Source: Xylographa opegraphella (taxonomy: Eukaryota). Taken from it: a DNA stretch of 64,000 nucleotides. Shown here in pieces: positions 1-12,805 of this stretch (positions within the stretch are counted from its first letter, which is position 1; each line of letters starts with the position of its first letter). The notes below the pieces were generated by a model. The model was not told where the DNA came from and made no database searches. It saw only the letters and a list, made by a program, of their open reading frames with translations. The translations under genes and the position numbers were made by a program. Where the stretch lies: contig JALDZX010000009.1 of assembly GCA_022813865.1 (NCBI GenBank), positions 186,001-250,000 on the forward strand, given 5' to 3'.

Positions 1-530
1 CACCAGCTCAATCTCCCTCTCCCTCTCCTCCCTGCCTCCCCCTCCACCCCCATCTCACCCATATCCCTCCCCCTTCCATCTCGCGACCCAGCCATGCCAG
101 CCCCACCATCCTCATCCTCATCCTCATCCTCATCCCCACCACACTCATCCCCATCCTCATCCTCAACCCCGTGCAACCGTACAACGGTGCTTACCGTAGA
201 CTCGCCAATAGGGGAGGAGGTACCTTAAGCAGGCAGGTGCGTAAGCGCGCCGAGGCCAGTCTTGTGAAACGTACCGTGTATAACGAGCGGACGAGACGAG
301 CACGACGTGCGGAGGGGGCGGGGCAGTGGAAAACAGCGACGCTTGAAAGGCGGGCGGAAGGGGGGGAAGGGAGAACGGGATCGCAAGTGGGAGCTGGATC
401 TGAAGAGGGAAGGGGAAAGGAAGTATGCCAGTAACCCGAAGAAGAAGCAAGTACATTGCACGCCATGAATCACAAAATCCGAAGCAGCCACCGAAAAGCC
501 CAACCTCATAAGACGAAGCATGCCTACCAT
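1..530 (-). CDS. Possible partial hypothetical gene running off the left edge, with an acidic/Gly-rich low-complexity exon
   Basis: A minus-strand GTACGT...GCTTAC...TTAAG intron (~223-273) joins ORF 225..530 in frame to an open frame (GTSSPIGESTVSTVVRLHGVEDEDGDECGGDEDEDEDEDG...) that reaches position 1. No recognisable homology. Confidence 0.3.
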
Positions 531-980
531 TCATCACCCACCCCTTCCCCAAACCCCCCGAACCCGAGTCCAAGCCACACACAGTTTATGTACAACGTAA
601 AGCCCGCTAGGACCCTCACCAGAGGTATCCCAACCAAAAAGAATGCCCGTACCGTCATACATCCGCCCCAAGCGTACACCGTCAGCGACGCCGATGTCGG
701 GGGAACGACCCGTCCGCTTATTCCCCCCCCCCCGTCCCAGTAGCACGCCTGCTAGCCATACAATCGCCCAAACCAACCGATGGTGACCCCACTCGAAAAC
801 CCCCTTTTTTCACGCCGGAGCAGATGGAAGATAACGCACACAGGACCCCGAACCGATGGGGTATATAAACCAGGAAAAGATGACCAGACGCCAGATCTGG
901 GCCGAGATCATTCGCTAATAAAAAAAAAAGGGGGGACGAAAATTTGGATCAGGATGAATTTGCGTATGCGACAGAGGATT

Positions 981-2858
981 CTACACGTCCTCTTTGACGG
1001 TCTCGATATTGGTGGCACTCGCTGCGGGTTTGAGCTCGATCGGGATATCTCCAAACCGAACGGCGACCTTTGACATGTTGTTTAGGAACGCCAAAGCTCA
1101 AGGACAGAGTTCGGGCTCACCTTCAGATTCCCCTCTTCGATTTCTTTCTGCAGAGCAGTAAGCCTGCTGCCCTTGGGCACCGATCTCCACGCGGGCCGAC
1201 CACTATCGAAGACGACGTCCATCTCCTCCAAGGTCTTCCCTTTGGTCTCAGGGGCGGTCAAGAACATGTGGATAAAGGCGAGGCCGTTGAAGGACGCAAA
1301 AAGCATGTACAGGCGCCAGTTGATATTCCAAAGAAGCGGCGGCACGGCGAACGCAAGCGCACAATTCCAACCCCAATTCGAGGCGGTGGCGAGTGAAACC
1401 GCCTTGGCACGGATTTGAGACGGAAAGATTTCGGCCGGATACGTCCATGATGTGGGACCCTGACCGTGTTAGGGTTTGGGCTTCGGTGCCGTATGAAAAG
1501 ACGCTTGACTTACCCACGTGATGGAAAATGTTGAGACGAAGAGATATGTGAAAACCACAACCGCCAGCTGAACGGGACGGTTGTCTTCAAGGATCCATGA
1601 AATGGCCGATAGAGGTCCCGAGTCGGCATGAAAAGGTTGTCCGTACAACGCTTGCAATGCCCCCACAATGAACAGGAAGATCATCATCATGAAAGAGCCG
1701 ACCAAGAGAGACGGACGACGACCCCATTTGTCGAGAAAAAGGATGGCCGGGAGGGTAAGTACGACATTCAGAATATACTGAATAGCAGATGTGAGAAGAG
1801 GATCGCCGATATTGGCGGCTTCCATGGCATAGACAATATAGTACATCCTGTCAGACGTTAGTGGGTTGGCCGGAAGGACATAGCAGTACAGCACGCACAT
1901 CACGTTCATGCCACAAAGTTGAGACCACATCTGAATGGACATGCCGAGGATGACTCGTCTGAACATCCGAGGCTCCGTAAGAAGGGTCCAGTCGGGTTTC
2001 CCCTCCACGCGCTCGCCCGTAAGCGCCTCTTCAATTTCCTGGTATTGTGCTAAGACTTTGGGATGATTCATATCTCCCGCCCCGTGTAATGCTGCGAGAA
2101 CCTCAATCGACTCTTCCCACCGGTCTTTGCTTGCAAGCCACCGAGGAGATCTCGGGAAGAAGAACATCCCGGCGAATAAGATGGTGGCCGGCACGATCTG
2201 CACCCCCCATGGGATCCGGAAGGCGGCCGTACCTTGCTCAGGATTGTTTGCCCCACCATCGGTAAAGGACGCTCCATATTGAATGAAATACTGTATCAAG
2301 ATCCCCCACGTGATCGCCCATTGCTGTAGCGAGACCACCCGACCTCGGATTTCTGGCGGCGCGATTTCGGCTTGGTAGATAGGAACGACGGCAGATTCAA
2401 TGCCGACCCCCAGTCCGGAGACGAGGCGGCCCACGACCAGCATTCCGATGCCGTTCGACGCCGTTTGAATTCTGGACAGCGGTCAGTATAGCGGCAAAAT
2501 GCAGACCACGATTTCCTTACATCGAGCCCACAGTCCATATCAGAGCCGCGACTTGGATCGCCGTCCGACGGGAATATCTGTCGGCGATGAAGGACGAGGC
2601 CAGGGCACCGAAAAGCGAGCCGGCCGGCATGGCACAGGTGATGGCACCCTGACGATAATTGCCCTGGACGTTGTAGTAGTTCGTATACGCATAAGTTCCG
2701 AGGACGCCGGACATGGACGAAATATCGAAGCCGAAAAGCCCACCGCCTTGTACACGATGGTCAGTCGTGATATTTCTTCACATCTTCCCACGCTTCGGCT
2801 GAGGCTTACCGATGGCGGCGAAGCCGCACAGAACGTAGACATTATTGATCCGATACAT
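981..2858 (-). CDS. MFS sugar porter, high-affinity glucose/hexose transporter (HGT1-like), multi-exon
   Basis: Spliced start MYRINNVYVLCGFAAIG|GGLFGFDISSMS. Sugar-porter motifs DRYSRR, GRLVSGLGVG, PIYQAEIAPPEIRG, PRSPRWL, DKWGRR and PETKGKTLEEMD. Last exon ends ...ETVKEDV* at 981. Confidence 0.93.
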
Positions 2859-4607
2859 GGCCGTCTCCAGCACGGCCGGCACCTTCTCAAGCGGCCATTC
2901 GCGTCGTGACGATGAGGCAGGCAAAACACAGGTCCGACTCCAGGCACGGACGTTGAAGAATGGTGATGGGGAGGAGAGAAAGCATGCGTGCTGTCCGGTG
3001 GGAGGAAGGCGTGGGGTAGGGTGTATCGGTGGGTGGGTGAATCAGGTAGCCTGCGAAAGCATGACTGGGGGGGAGGTGGTGGAGGAGTCGGCGACCAAGG
3101 ATGCAGGACGCCCTATGTGCGGTGTGGACTCGTGAAGCGTGGCATGCTAGCCATGCATGACTACGACTTTGTTTTTAGCACTTGGTCTGTGTCACACGGC
3201 ATGAGCTGGGCGGCATCGTCCACCGCGTGAATTGGGAAACAGGCAGGGCAAGCAATGCAACGAAAGCCGAAGCGGAAGCAGCGGTGGACGGGATGCGAAA
3301 GGTGTCACACCGCCGCTGCGATTCGATGAAATGCACGTGCAACGGTCGCATTCCCTCCTCCAATATTTCCTGCATGGGCTTGGGGTGGCGCGGCGAGCTG
3401 AGCAGGAGCTGAGCTGACTGTACTCCCACACTTTGGTCGCCGACAGCGTGCGACACTCATATTCCCCTCGCAGCGGACATAATAATGAGTGTCCACGGCT
3501 TGAGTCTTGACAGCCCGGAGAAGGAGATCCGTCTTTCTTTTCGCAGGCCCCAATCTGGGCCCGTTCGATCGTGTGGGTTTGGAGCGAGCCCGGTAAGATT
3601 GCTGCCGAGGCAGAAGGACCAGGTTCCCCGCAACTTAAAGCGTTCCGGGAGAGTGGATCACGATCAAACGATCACCCTCGAGTCCAAGCTCGGCGAGGAA
3701 GCATTCATCAGGTAAGATCAAGTGGAGTGAATGAGATAATACAAAGTAAGAGGTAGGCAGGGCGGCAACGGCTCAAGGTAAGGTATTTCACCACGTAGGT
3801 AAATGCACGAGTACCAAAATATTATCGTTGCATGCAGCAGTTAGTGCATACCTTATCATCATATCAGATCCTCTCGGATGCCTGTCGATGCATGTAGGAC
3901 CATGCTCTTCAACAAATCAAGTCGTACTCCTCCCCTCCAAACATATTGTGGTGCTCGTTACTTTGTACATCACATCCAGCAACCCCTACATGTCGGGTCC
4001 TCTTCGCTGCGTTGTGGTCGAGACACGGGACGTTGGCCGGGTTGGACGTCACTTCAGGAAAAGAAAGCTTTGGCCCGTTTCCGCTTTCTCCGGCGATTTG
4101 CCCGTCGGCCGTGAATGCCCGGCTGGTGCCGATACGAGCTAGTCCCGAAAGGACATTCTTTGGTCCCTTATTACCTACGGAGTACGGAGTGTGTTACCGG
4201 AGGAAACGGAGGACCGGATGATACCTAGAGAAAGTCGCCGCTCATTCTTCTATCGCCAATGCAACTGCCGACACTTTGGAGTCAAGAGCACCATCGGTCG
4301 ACGAGCGGTGAAAGGATGATCCAGACATTGATGCCATACTCCCCGTCGCTGGCGATGCCGTGAGTGTCGGCCGTCCGGATGCGTACCGAAGGCAATAATA
4401 ATGCCGGTCAGTTGCAACCTCGGCAAGGGTCACACCGCCGTGCACTCGGCCCGACGCAACCTTTTAACCGCATCAAGGCTTCGCTACCCGTTGGGAGGAG
4501 TGCTAGCGAGTCGTCGACCTGCAAACCCTCAGGAAGCTTTTGCTACAAGGGTCGTCGTGAATTCGTCACACATAAGGCTGTTCATCTCCGTGCCCTTTCC
4601 AAAACAT

Positions 4608-6201
4608 CTATCGCTGCTGCAACACGCCCGGTCGCGTTTCGGTGTCACCCGCCGAGACGAGTCTCTCGGCGATCAATGCCTCTGCCATCCTTAGCGCGCC
4701 GTCCATGTTTCCCTTGTTGTACAAGAACAGTCCCTGCAGTGCTGCGGTGCTGGTGGGACGCAGCGGAAGCCCTCGGTGGGATGTGGTGACGCCCAGTTCC
4801 CCAAGTCGAGCGAGGAACTTCGCTTTCCAAGCCCCGTCGACGTCAAGCTCTCCGTAGAAGCGATCCCATAGGCGCTCGATTTGCCATTCCGTAGCTTCGC
4901 CTAAGCGGATGGTCATGTCGACTCGCCCGGGCCTGACCAGCGCCTCGTCGAGTCGTTCGGCATGGTTGGTCGTGAGGAAGAGGAGGCGCTCCTCCGCGCT
5001 GGCGACACCATCCAGCGCATTGAGAAGGCCGGAAAAGGTAACGTTGGCACCGCGAAAACCATCGGCATCGGTCTGCACTCGCCGCCTGCTGAATGCTGCG
5101 TCCGCGTCTTCGAGGAGGACCAATGTCCGTCGAGGGATGATCGTTAACAAGTAGTTCAATCGATCGTCCGTCATCCCCCGCTCGCTCAAATCCAGCATCG
5201 CAATGTTGTAATCAAGCTCGCCAGCTAATGCCTGGATGAAAGAGCTCTTTCCGGTGCCGGGTGGTCCGTGGAGGAGATATCCACGTCGGTATGGAATGCC
5301 GCGATCATAATACCATCTCCCGCTGTTCAAGAAATCCTTGACGTCCGACACAATTCTCTCTTTCACGCCTTCATCCAGTACTACAGACTCGAGTGGCCGC
5401 TTCCTGCGTGGTTCCCCAAACTTCTCCCATGTTATCCCTCTCGATGTGTAAATGATGGTTTTGCCCTCGGTAGACTTCTGCGCGAGTTGGTGTGCTTCCT
5501 GGAACAGTTCCTCGAAGATGTGACGCTGGGAGTACAGGGTCGTGAGAGTGACGGTCTCCCACGGCATCCCTCTTTGAAAGTCCATGGATTTTGTTTCTCT
5601 CACCCGGTTGACTAGGAGGAATGCTTTTTTGTAGCGTAGAATATGCCTCCCCGGCCCCGGGATGAGGGAGAAGTGGGTTTGGACTGCACCATTAGGATGT
5701 TCGACTTTTTCGGTCGCTATTGACAGATGATGCATTCCTGGGGTCAAACGGCGCATCAGTCTCTCAGTGACGCCCGTATTAGCATCGCGTGCGTGTAAAG
5801 ACCCTCCGCTTTGAAGAATCTTGGAGCCATTGGTCAATTGGGCCCGTTGATGAACGGTCATCCAGTAGAGGAACCATGGGTATGATTCATCTTTGATGTT
5901 GATCTCCACGTCAACAAGTAAACGCCTCTTTAATAAACTCGCGCCATATCGGACTCCTCTCTGGGTGACAGCTAATGCTGCTCCGAGGCCTGCTAGACCG
6001 AAACCCTGACGCAAGAGGTCAGTGATGGGGAAGAAGGACGGTCATAAGAACAAATACCGCAGTAAAGAACGGATTTGCTGATAGTTGAGCTATCAACCCT
6101 CCGTGCTTGTTGCCCACAGAACTAGCAATTTGCTCGGTAGCATTCTTGAAGAGAGTGTCCGAATTTGGTGAAGAGGTCAAGGAATTGCCATTGCTTGCCA
6201 T
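4608..6201 (-). CDS. BCS1: Mitochondrial AAA chaperone Bcs1 (complex III Rieske protein translocase)
   Basis: NPFFTA|GFGLAGLG across one intron, KRPLESVVLD, GIPYRRGYLLHGPPGTGKSS, LLEDAD, TFSGLLNALDG, RPGRVD. Confidence 0.96.
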
Positions 6202-6457
6202 GCCAAAGCTATTCGATGGTTTTGTGCATTGTCGAATCTTTTGAGCAGATCCAATACTGGTAGCCTACGTGAGGTTCTAACTGGTAGGGGGGTAAGGTAG
6301 CTTCGCAAAAGTATGAGCTTGGTCGGAGTTTCGTGACGCCGAAACTATCTTTGGTGACGGAGTCTACCAGCCTGACAATGCTTAACTCCGGTACCGTCTG
6401 AGAGCTGTATTTCAGGCACCCGTCGCCCCGTATCCTTCTGCTGCTTCAATCGACTTC

Positions 6458-7813
6458 ATGCGCAGCTTATTGTATCGTCTCTTCCACTTTCGGACAAGGA
6501 GAAGTCCTGTAAAGTCTTCCAAACGAGACTTCCACGAATCCCCTAGAATGTCTACTGCTGGTACCGCGGCGGCCTTATATGCTGCGACTATCTCCATGTC
6601 GTCCATGACTGGTGCGGTCCCTGAAGAAGCAAAAGAAAAGGCGCATCATTTGAAAGATGGCAAGGGCTTCACCAATCCCTGGGACAGCTGGAGGGATTTC
6701 TCTGCCCCAAGCATCATGAAGGCCTTGATCTGGTATGCTACGAGTTTTATCATGGTCACAAGTGGTTAATGACTGCTCAGGAGAAGGATCAATCGGACTG
6801 CCAACTCGCCGGATACAACACCGCCGACAGTTACTGTCATCAAACCCACCTTCCTTCCCACAAGATCCACAAGTTCACTTCGAGCAACCTGGCTAGGCCA
6901 CGCCTGCTATTTCCTAGAATTTCCGTCAGGCCTAAGGGTGCTTTTCGACCCTGTCTTCAGCGAGCGCTGCAGTCCATTCACTTGGCTGGGGCCAAAGCGT
7001 TATACAGAAGTGCCTTGCCAAATAGAGGATATTCCAATGATTGACGCGGTAGTGATTTCGCACAACCATTACGATCACATGGACCATCCTACGATAATGA
7101 AGATCAAGGCCAAGCATCCCAACGTCCACTTTTTCGTTCCCTTAGGAAACAAGAAGTGGTTTCTAGCATCAGGCTTTCCAGGCGATCAAGTGACAGAGCT
7201 CGATTGGTGGGAAGAGAGGGATATGAACCTGTCACAAGCAGCTCGAAAGACATCTATTACGAAAAGTGAAAAGGGATCCAGTGTAGAGTCAACACCTGAG
7301 GCGGAGAGTATCGCGGCCCGTGTCGCGTGCCTCCCCTGCCAACATACTAGCGCCCGTACAGGTTTCGATAAAGGCAGCACCCTCTGGGCCAGCTGGAGCG
7401 TTGAAAGCGGAGGCAAGAAGATTTGGTTCGGTGGCGATACTGGCTACCGCGCTGTTCCTGAGCTCCCGAAAGGCGTCGATGACTACGGACCAGGTCATGA
7501 CTATCCCCACTGTCCAGTGTTCAAGCAAATCGGCGAGCTCCGTGGACCGTTTGATCTTGGCTTAATACCAATAGGGGCTTACGATCCACGGTTCATCATG
7601 TCTCCAATGCATGCAAACCCTTTTGATAGTGTCAACATCTTCAAGGACACCAAATGTCAGAGGGCCATGGGCATCCACTGGGGAACTTGGGTCCTGACCG
7701 AAGAAGATGTGTTAGAACCACCTGTGCTGCTCAAGAAGGCACTTAAGAAAAACAATATCGCGGAAACTGGTGTCTTCGATGTTTGCGATATCGGCGAAAC
7801 TCGTGAGTTCTAA
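6458..7813 (+). CDS. N-acyl-phosphatidylethanolamine phospholipase D-like metallo-beta-lactamase (Fmp30/NAPE-PLD family), one intron ~6733-6781
   Basis: [32 protein letters not shown] (HxHxDH), ELDWW, PCQH, FGGDTGY, PIGAY, IHWGTW. Confidence 0.92.
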
Positions 7814-8049
7814 ATTGCTTTCATCAGAGAGATCAGACCGATGGAAGCTTTTTTGTGATTGCAGCGCAGCTGCCGTGACTATATTAAAAGGAATGGTAGT
7901 GCGATAGTATCTCGAGTCCATTAAACGGAGCCATAAGTGATGAGGCATCAGCTTCGGGAACACAGAGCGGGAGATACCGTTCAAACACAACGTGAGACAT
8001 ACCATGCAGGGACAGCCTGTGTTCGAATTTTAAACAGGTCAAGTGGCCA

Positions 8050-8970
8050 AGCCAAAGTGCCGAGTCGATACAAATATACTTTTAATACTGGACTTTAAGG
8101 AATAGAGCCTCAGCTACAGATCCAACCGCTATTTGCAAAAACTCCGTCGCCCCAAACCTGCATACTGTGCACCTCATCCACTCCAGCCTGAAGGCCCTTT
8201 TACTGCCGCAACCGCGGTTTCCCTACCTAGTCCCCAACACCGCCAACCCCTATCCCACACTAACCACGATCACGGCCGATATCCTTCCCAAAACCCCCCG
8301 GCCGCCACCACACTCTCTAAGGTAAGCTCCAAGCATCATCGCGCAGCCCGCTCAGCGACCGCAATATCTCCGCCTGCCTGACCACCCGACCCTAAATCCT
8401 CAGACTCACCCCTCGGAGTTAACCTAACCCTAAGCACCGACCTCGAGGATTTTTGAAAGCGCGGGGGGTGGGTGGGACGACTCACATGTCCTGGACGATG
8501 TGGAGACGATGTAGGCATCGCGTTTCAGCCAACGGAGGAGCTGCTTGTTTGGTATCGTAGAGACTTTGTCAGGTTAGTCGAGGACGATGCTGGAGCCATG
8601 CTTGGAGACGCATGGGTCGGCTGTATCTTGGTGCTTGGTCACTTTTTTTATCTTGTCGACTGTCTGGTATTCATGCTCGCTCGCTCGTTTAGGAGGGGCA
8701 TGCTGCCGTGCGGTGTCTCGTCCGCTGGACGATGCTCGGGTGTCTATGGTGGGGATTCAGGATCACGACAATTAGATCGCAAAGGAAGGTTGAGTGGCAG
8801 AAGGCTGGTATAGTATCAGGGAAGGCAGAATGTGTGTCGTGTGGCACCTGTGGCACCTAATTCTTGAACCTACCGCCAGGCAGCTCGACTACACGATCAA
8901 GTGGCAAGGTGTCAAGAGGTTAAGCTTCGTATTTAAAGACAGCTGATCTATTCTTTGGAGCGGCCTGTGA
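8050..8970 (+). ncRNA. Candidate telomerase RNA (TER); ends approximate
   Basis: Template-like CCTAACCCTAA (8423-8433) directly after a hairpin, then a U7-loop pseudoknot topology (8636-8777), an enclosing helix (8372-8391/8788-8805) and a P5/P6/P6.1-like junction (8828-8934). No credible ORF between two convergent genes. Folded by eye only. Confidence 0.4.
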
Positions 8971-9057
8971 GCCGTTAATCTAAAGTAGAGCACCTAAAAC
9001 ATTGCAAATGACACCATATCATTGTATGTCTCATCATAACGCCCGGATGGAAGCCTA

Positions 9058-12000
9058 TCATGGCTTTCGTTCTGCACCTGCCAGTATATTTCTCAAATCA
9101 GAGGCATATTTTCGCAGTAGCACCTTCGCTCCGGAGCTGAGACGCAAACCCGATGTACCGCTTGCGACCACATTCGCGGGTTTAACAGGAACGTCATCCA
9201 AGATCTTGTCGCATTCCATCAGTACTCTTTGTAAAAGACATGGACCATCGACGTTGGGTAAATAAAGCCATGTTATGATATTTTCAATACCTCCACTCTG
9301 GTGAGAGAGGGCATGGTTGATGAATCCTTTCGTCATCACGAAGGCCTTCTCTGTGTACAGCGCCGAATTAACCTGGGTCTCAGAACTGCCGACATATGCG
9401 TCAAACCCAGCCTCATTGTAGAACGGCTCCTTCACGAGAACGAGTCCCATCAAACTCACAAGCACCTGCAGCATCGTGGAGTCGTCGGACCAGCTCTCGT
9501 CCTTACTATCTCCAGGCCAAGTGCCTAATAAACTCAAGCAGACTTTGCCGTCTTCGTAAAGATTGGGATTGATCCGCCCGAGGCCCCTTGTCCAAGAGTG
9601 GAAATATGCTTCGGGTGGAGAATGAGGGAAATCCCCGTTGAAATGGAAGTCTAGCACAAACGGTGCTAGAGAGTAAGGGGTTTCTTCTGGTCCGATGATA
9701 AGAACTCGAAGAAGATCCAGGCGATCTTCCCACGTTCGGACCCAAATGCCCTCGGGTAGAGAGGACTCTAAAATCTTATGCTCCTTGCGGATACGGCGCA
9801 TTAAGGGTGCAGTAAGTACGACCCCATCGTTATAGAAATGGTGATTAATGGGAGGAGGTTCGTCCAGCATCATGAACTGTGCCGGCATGTTTGGCAATGT
9901 GGTGAAACTGATCTGTTGGATTTTTGAGTCATTCGGTACATACTCTGTCGGTCCTGGAGGCTGTTCCAAAGGCTCGATTCGCTTCACGTCTATTGTGGGT
10001 TGTTGTGCAAGTGGTGCCTCTAAGGCGTCCAAACCTTCTTCGTCCGTACTCCACATCTCAGAGGTCGAATCCTCATCCAGTCGTGTACCTCCTTCATATT
10101 CCACTGTCTCCTCGATAACTATATCAGAATCAGAATTCCAGCTTTCGGTCCAGGATGCCCTCTCATCCTCGTCGGTAAGTGAACCGTCCAGTGAGTCGTC
10201 ATCGCTGATAACAGTGATAGTGGCCTCAACTGGTATTCGAATATCAAGAACCCGGTCGAGCGCGCCAAGTCGCACGGTGAGAAATCCATCAAGTCCCAGA
10301 TCAACTACTTCGCCGAACCAATCAATCTTAGAGCCAGGCTCCGAGGGAAGGGTTCGGTTCCAGCCATGCTCGCCGTTCGGCACCTTTGGTATCGCGGATG
10401 AATCAAGACATATGGCCAGGGCAAGGGGAGCCACCAGAACCAGATCACCTCGCCGTTTTGTCAATGCTGGATGTGTAACAATCTCGTAAAGAGAAACATC
10501 AGTCTGATCGGAGGACAGTACACCCATTTGGGATCCAGCAAGTAACGCATTGTCATACCCTTCCAGAATGCTCACTCGTGATCCGGCAAACCAACGTACT
10601 TTGGCCAGTCGCTCCTTTGCATCTGCTGATTGGACGACACCGACGTTTTTCAAGTCCGTCACGCCTGGATCTCCGTCCTTCATCTCATGGTCAGAGTCGT
10701 ACAATGTCTCGTCCTCGGCTTTGTTAGCTTTAATAGACACGAGCTCACCTGGCCACACATCGTGGTCATCGACATTGAGATACGGTACTACACTGGTTGC
10801 GTCGACATCAGATGAACTCGCATCCTGCCACTCTATGAAAATGATTATATAAGTTTCAATCCCAAAGAAAACAAATTTTTACATGGTTGGTTGAACGTAC
10901 GTATGGTGACCTTCGTCTTTGTTTCAGTGATAAGGAAGACATTCATTTCATAACCTTGCGTGATACTCCGGGGTATTCTTCGAAACATGCCCTGCTTTCC
11001 GTTTTCAGCTGCATATTTGACCGCGGCCCCAGCGGTGTCGCGGAATTTAACAACATCGCCAACCGCGAAATCCGATCCTTGTTCAGAACCTATCCGAGCA
11101 ATAGGTTGCAGGCTTTGCGGTGATCTTCCTCTATCGTATAGAATTATCTCATCGAAATCACCGCTGTCTAAGTGGGTTGGCGGAGGAACAGTATGTGTTC
11201 TGCTTTCGTCGAACACGTTGCGTGATAGCCATCTGATATCAAGCTCCTTAGCTTTGAGATCTACAATAATCCCTTGAGGACGTATATTGGGATCATAAGA
11301 GCCGTAGATAAATCGCCCACGCCTTAAGTTTCCTTTCTGTGTAAAAACACTCTGACCGAGATAGAGCACAGGAGGGTCAAGTGGAAAGCCATCGTCATCA
11401 AGATCAAGCCTCTGGGTGTTGAGTGAGAATTCTCGCGTTTTAGCTAGAATTTCTGCGAGACTTTGTGATCTAGGTCCTGTCGAAGAAGGAATGACACTTA
11501 GATCCGGCTCCAGGACCTCGAGTTCTTCCGATTTCTCTACAACAACGATACTTCCATTTTCTAATCGAATGGCTACATCTTCCCATACGTCTTCGATCAC
11601 TCCGACCCAATCATGATACAGTACGTAGTCGCCTGCATTATACTCATACATGAATTCCAAATCCGAACCGGGTATATCGTGTAGAACGTTGTCTTTTTCT
11701 TTGTGAGGCCATGGATGAGCGTCATTGATAGGTAATCCATTGTAGATTGGCTGGATAGTACACTGTATGGAAGTCCTTGTCACACACCCACTGGCTGTAT
11801 CTGATGGCTGTCTTTTGACCACGTCTCCAAAGGCCAGGGCTCGATCCACAAGCACAAGTGAGTTAACTGCAATGAGAGTACAACCAACATGAGGCCACGA
11901 GAAATGCACAAAGACAAATCCACGTTGGCACTAAACCGCAGATAGTCAACTTTTGTTAGGCAATAGGATGACGACCGGTGAGACAAACTCGTCCATCGCG

Positions 12001-12348
12001 AAAGAACTCAGAGCGCACTCGCTTCGGTACGCCTCTATGATAAATCCAGTTTTCGGGCGGGCCAGTACCCATAGACGATATCTATTGCAGTATTCAAGTC
12101 AGTAAGCAAAAGGGCTTGCACGCGTCCATGATTTGAGAAACAGAAGGAGTCGTACATCGCGCCATGTCCTCTGCATAGCAGGTCAGGTCAGTCAAACACA
12201 ATCATGGATACGTTAGACTTACGTCCACCACTCCTCGTAAGGAGGGATTGTCTTTCAAGGCAACAGTGTCTTCGACGTAAAAGTCCTGACATTATCCAGA
12301 TGAGTTTTCGAAGTTGCATAACGAGCGGTGATATTCGCTTACCTCCAT
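9058..12348 (-). CDS. Large E2/E3-hybrid ubiquitin-conjugating enzyme (UBE2O/UBC23-like), multi-exon
   Basis: Spliced start ME|DFYVEDTVALKDNPSLRGVVD. C-terminal UBC domain RIRKEHKILESSLP...GPEETPY...RINPNLYEDGKVCLSLLGTW...LVKEPFYNEAGF with the catalytic Cys intact. Confidence 0.9.
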
Positions 12349-12805
12349 CACATGTCTAACGCCAAGTGTCAGAAGTGTAGAAGATTAACGGAAAGATTAA
12401 TCAGGACATCGTCAGAAATCGAGGAAGAGAGTCGATGTACAGGGCAATAGAGATTAAGCGCAGCTTAGCATCAACGACCCGATCAACTACTGATGTTGTC
12501 AAGGCAAAAAGACAAAGGTAAAAGGTATGACTGATGGTTGGGCGCATAGGAATCCCTCGCTTAAATATACTGTAATACATAATCTTCTTCCTTCTTATTC
12601 ATTCATTTCAAGCCATAAGGAATCTCGCTGAAGAGGTAGCAGCTCGATCGTGTAATGTGATGGACTCTGGAATTTCGATTTGATCCAGCTGTTTGGATGT
12701 AGCTTGTGTATGAATATAAGATCGGCCAGCAGGGGACACTCTGAAGACGCGATTCTGTTGTCGTCCATGTGAAGTCTTAGTTGCTAGTACTACCGGAGAG
12801 ACACA

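Noticed and set aside
3712..3730. TAAGATCAAGTGGAGT resembling the U2 snRNA 5' region
   Set aside because: The branch-pairing GTAGTA is not intact, and the flanking U2 stem I and Sm site are absent.
8193..8206. GCCCTTTTACTG resembling U5 loop 1
   Set aside because: Not the invariant GCCTTTTAC in a proper stem, and no U5 architecture around it.
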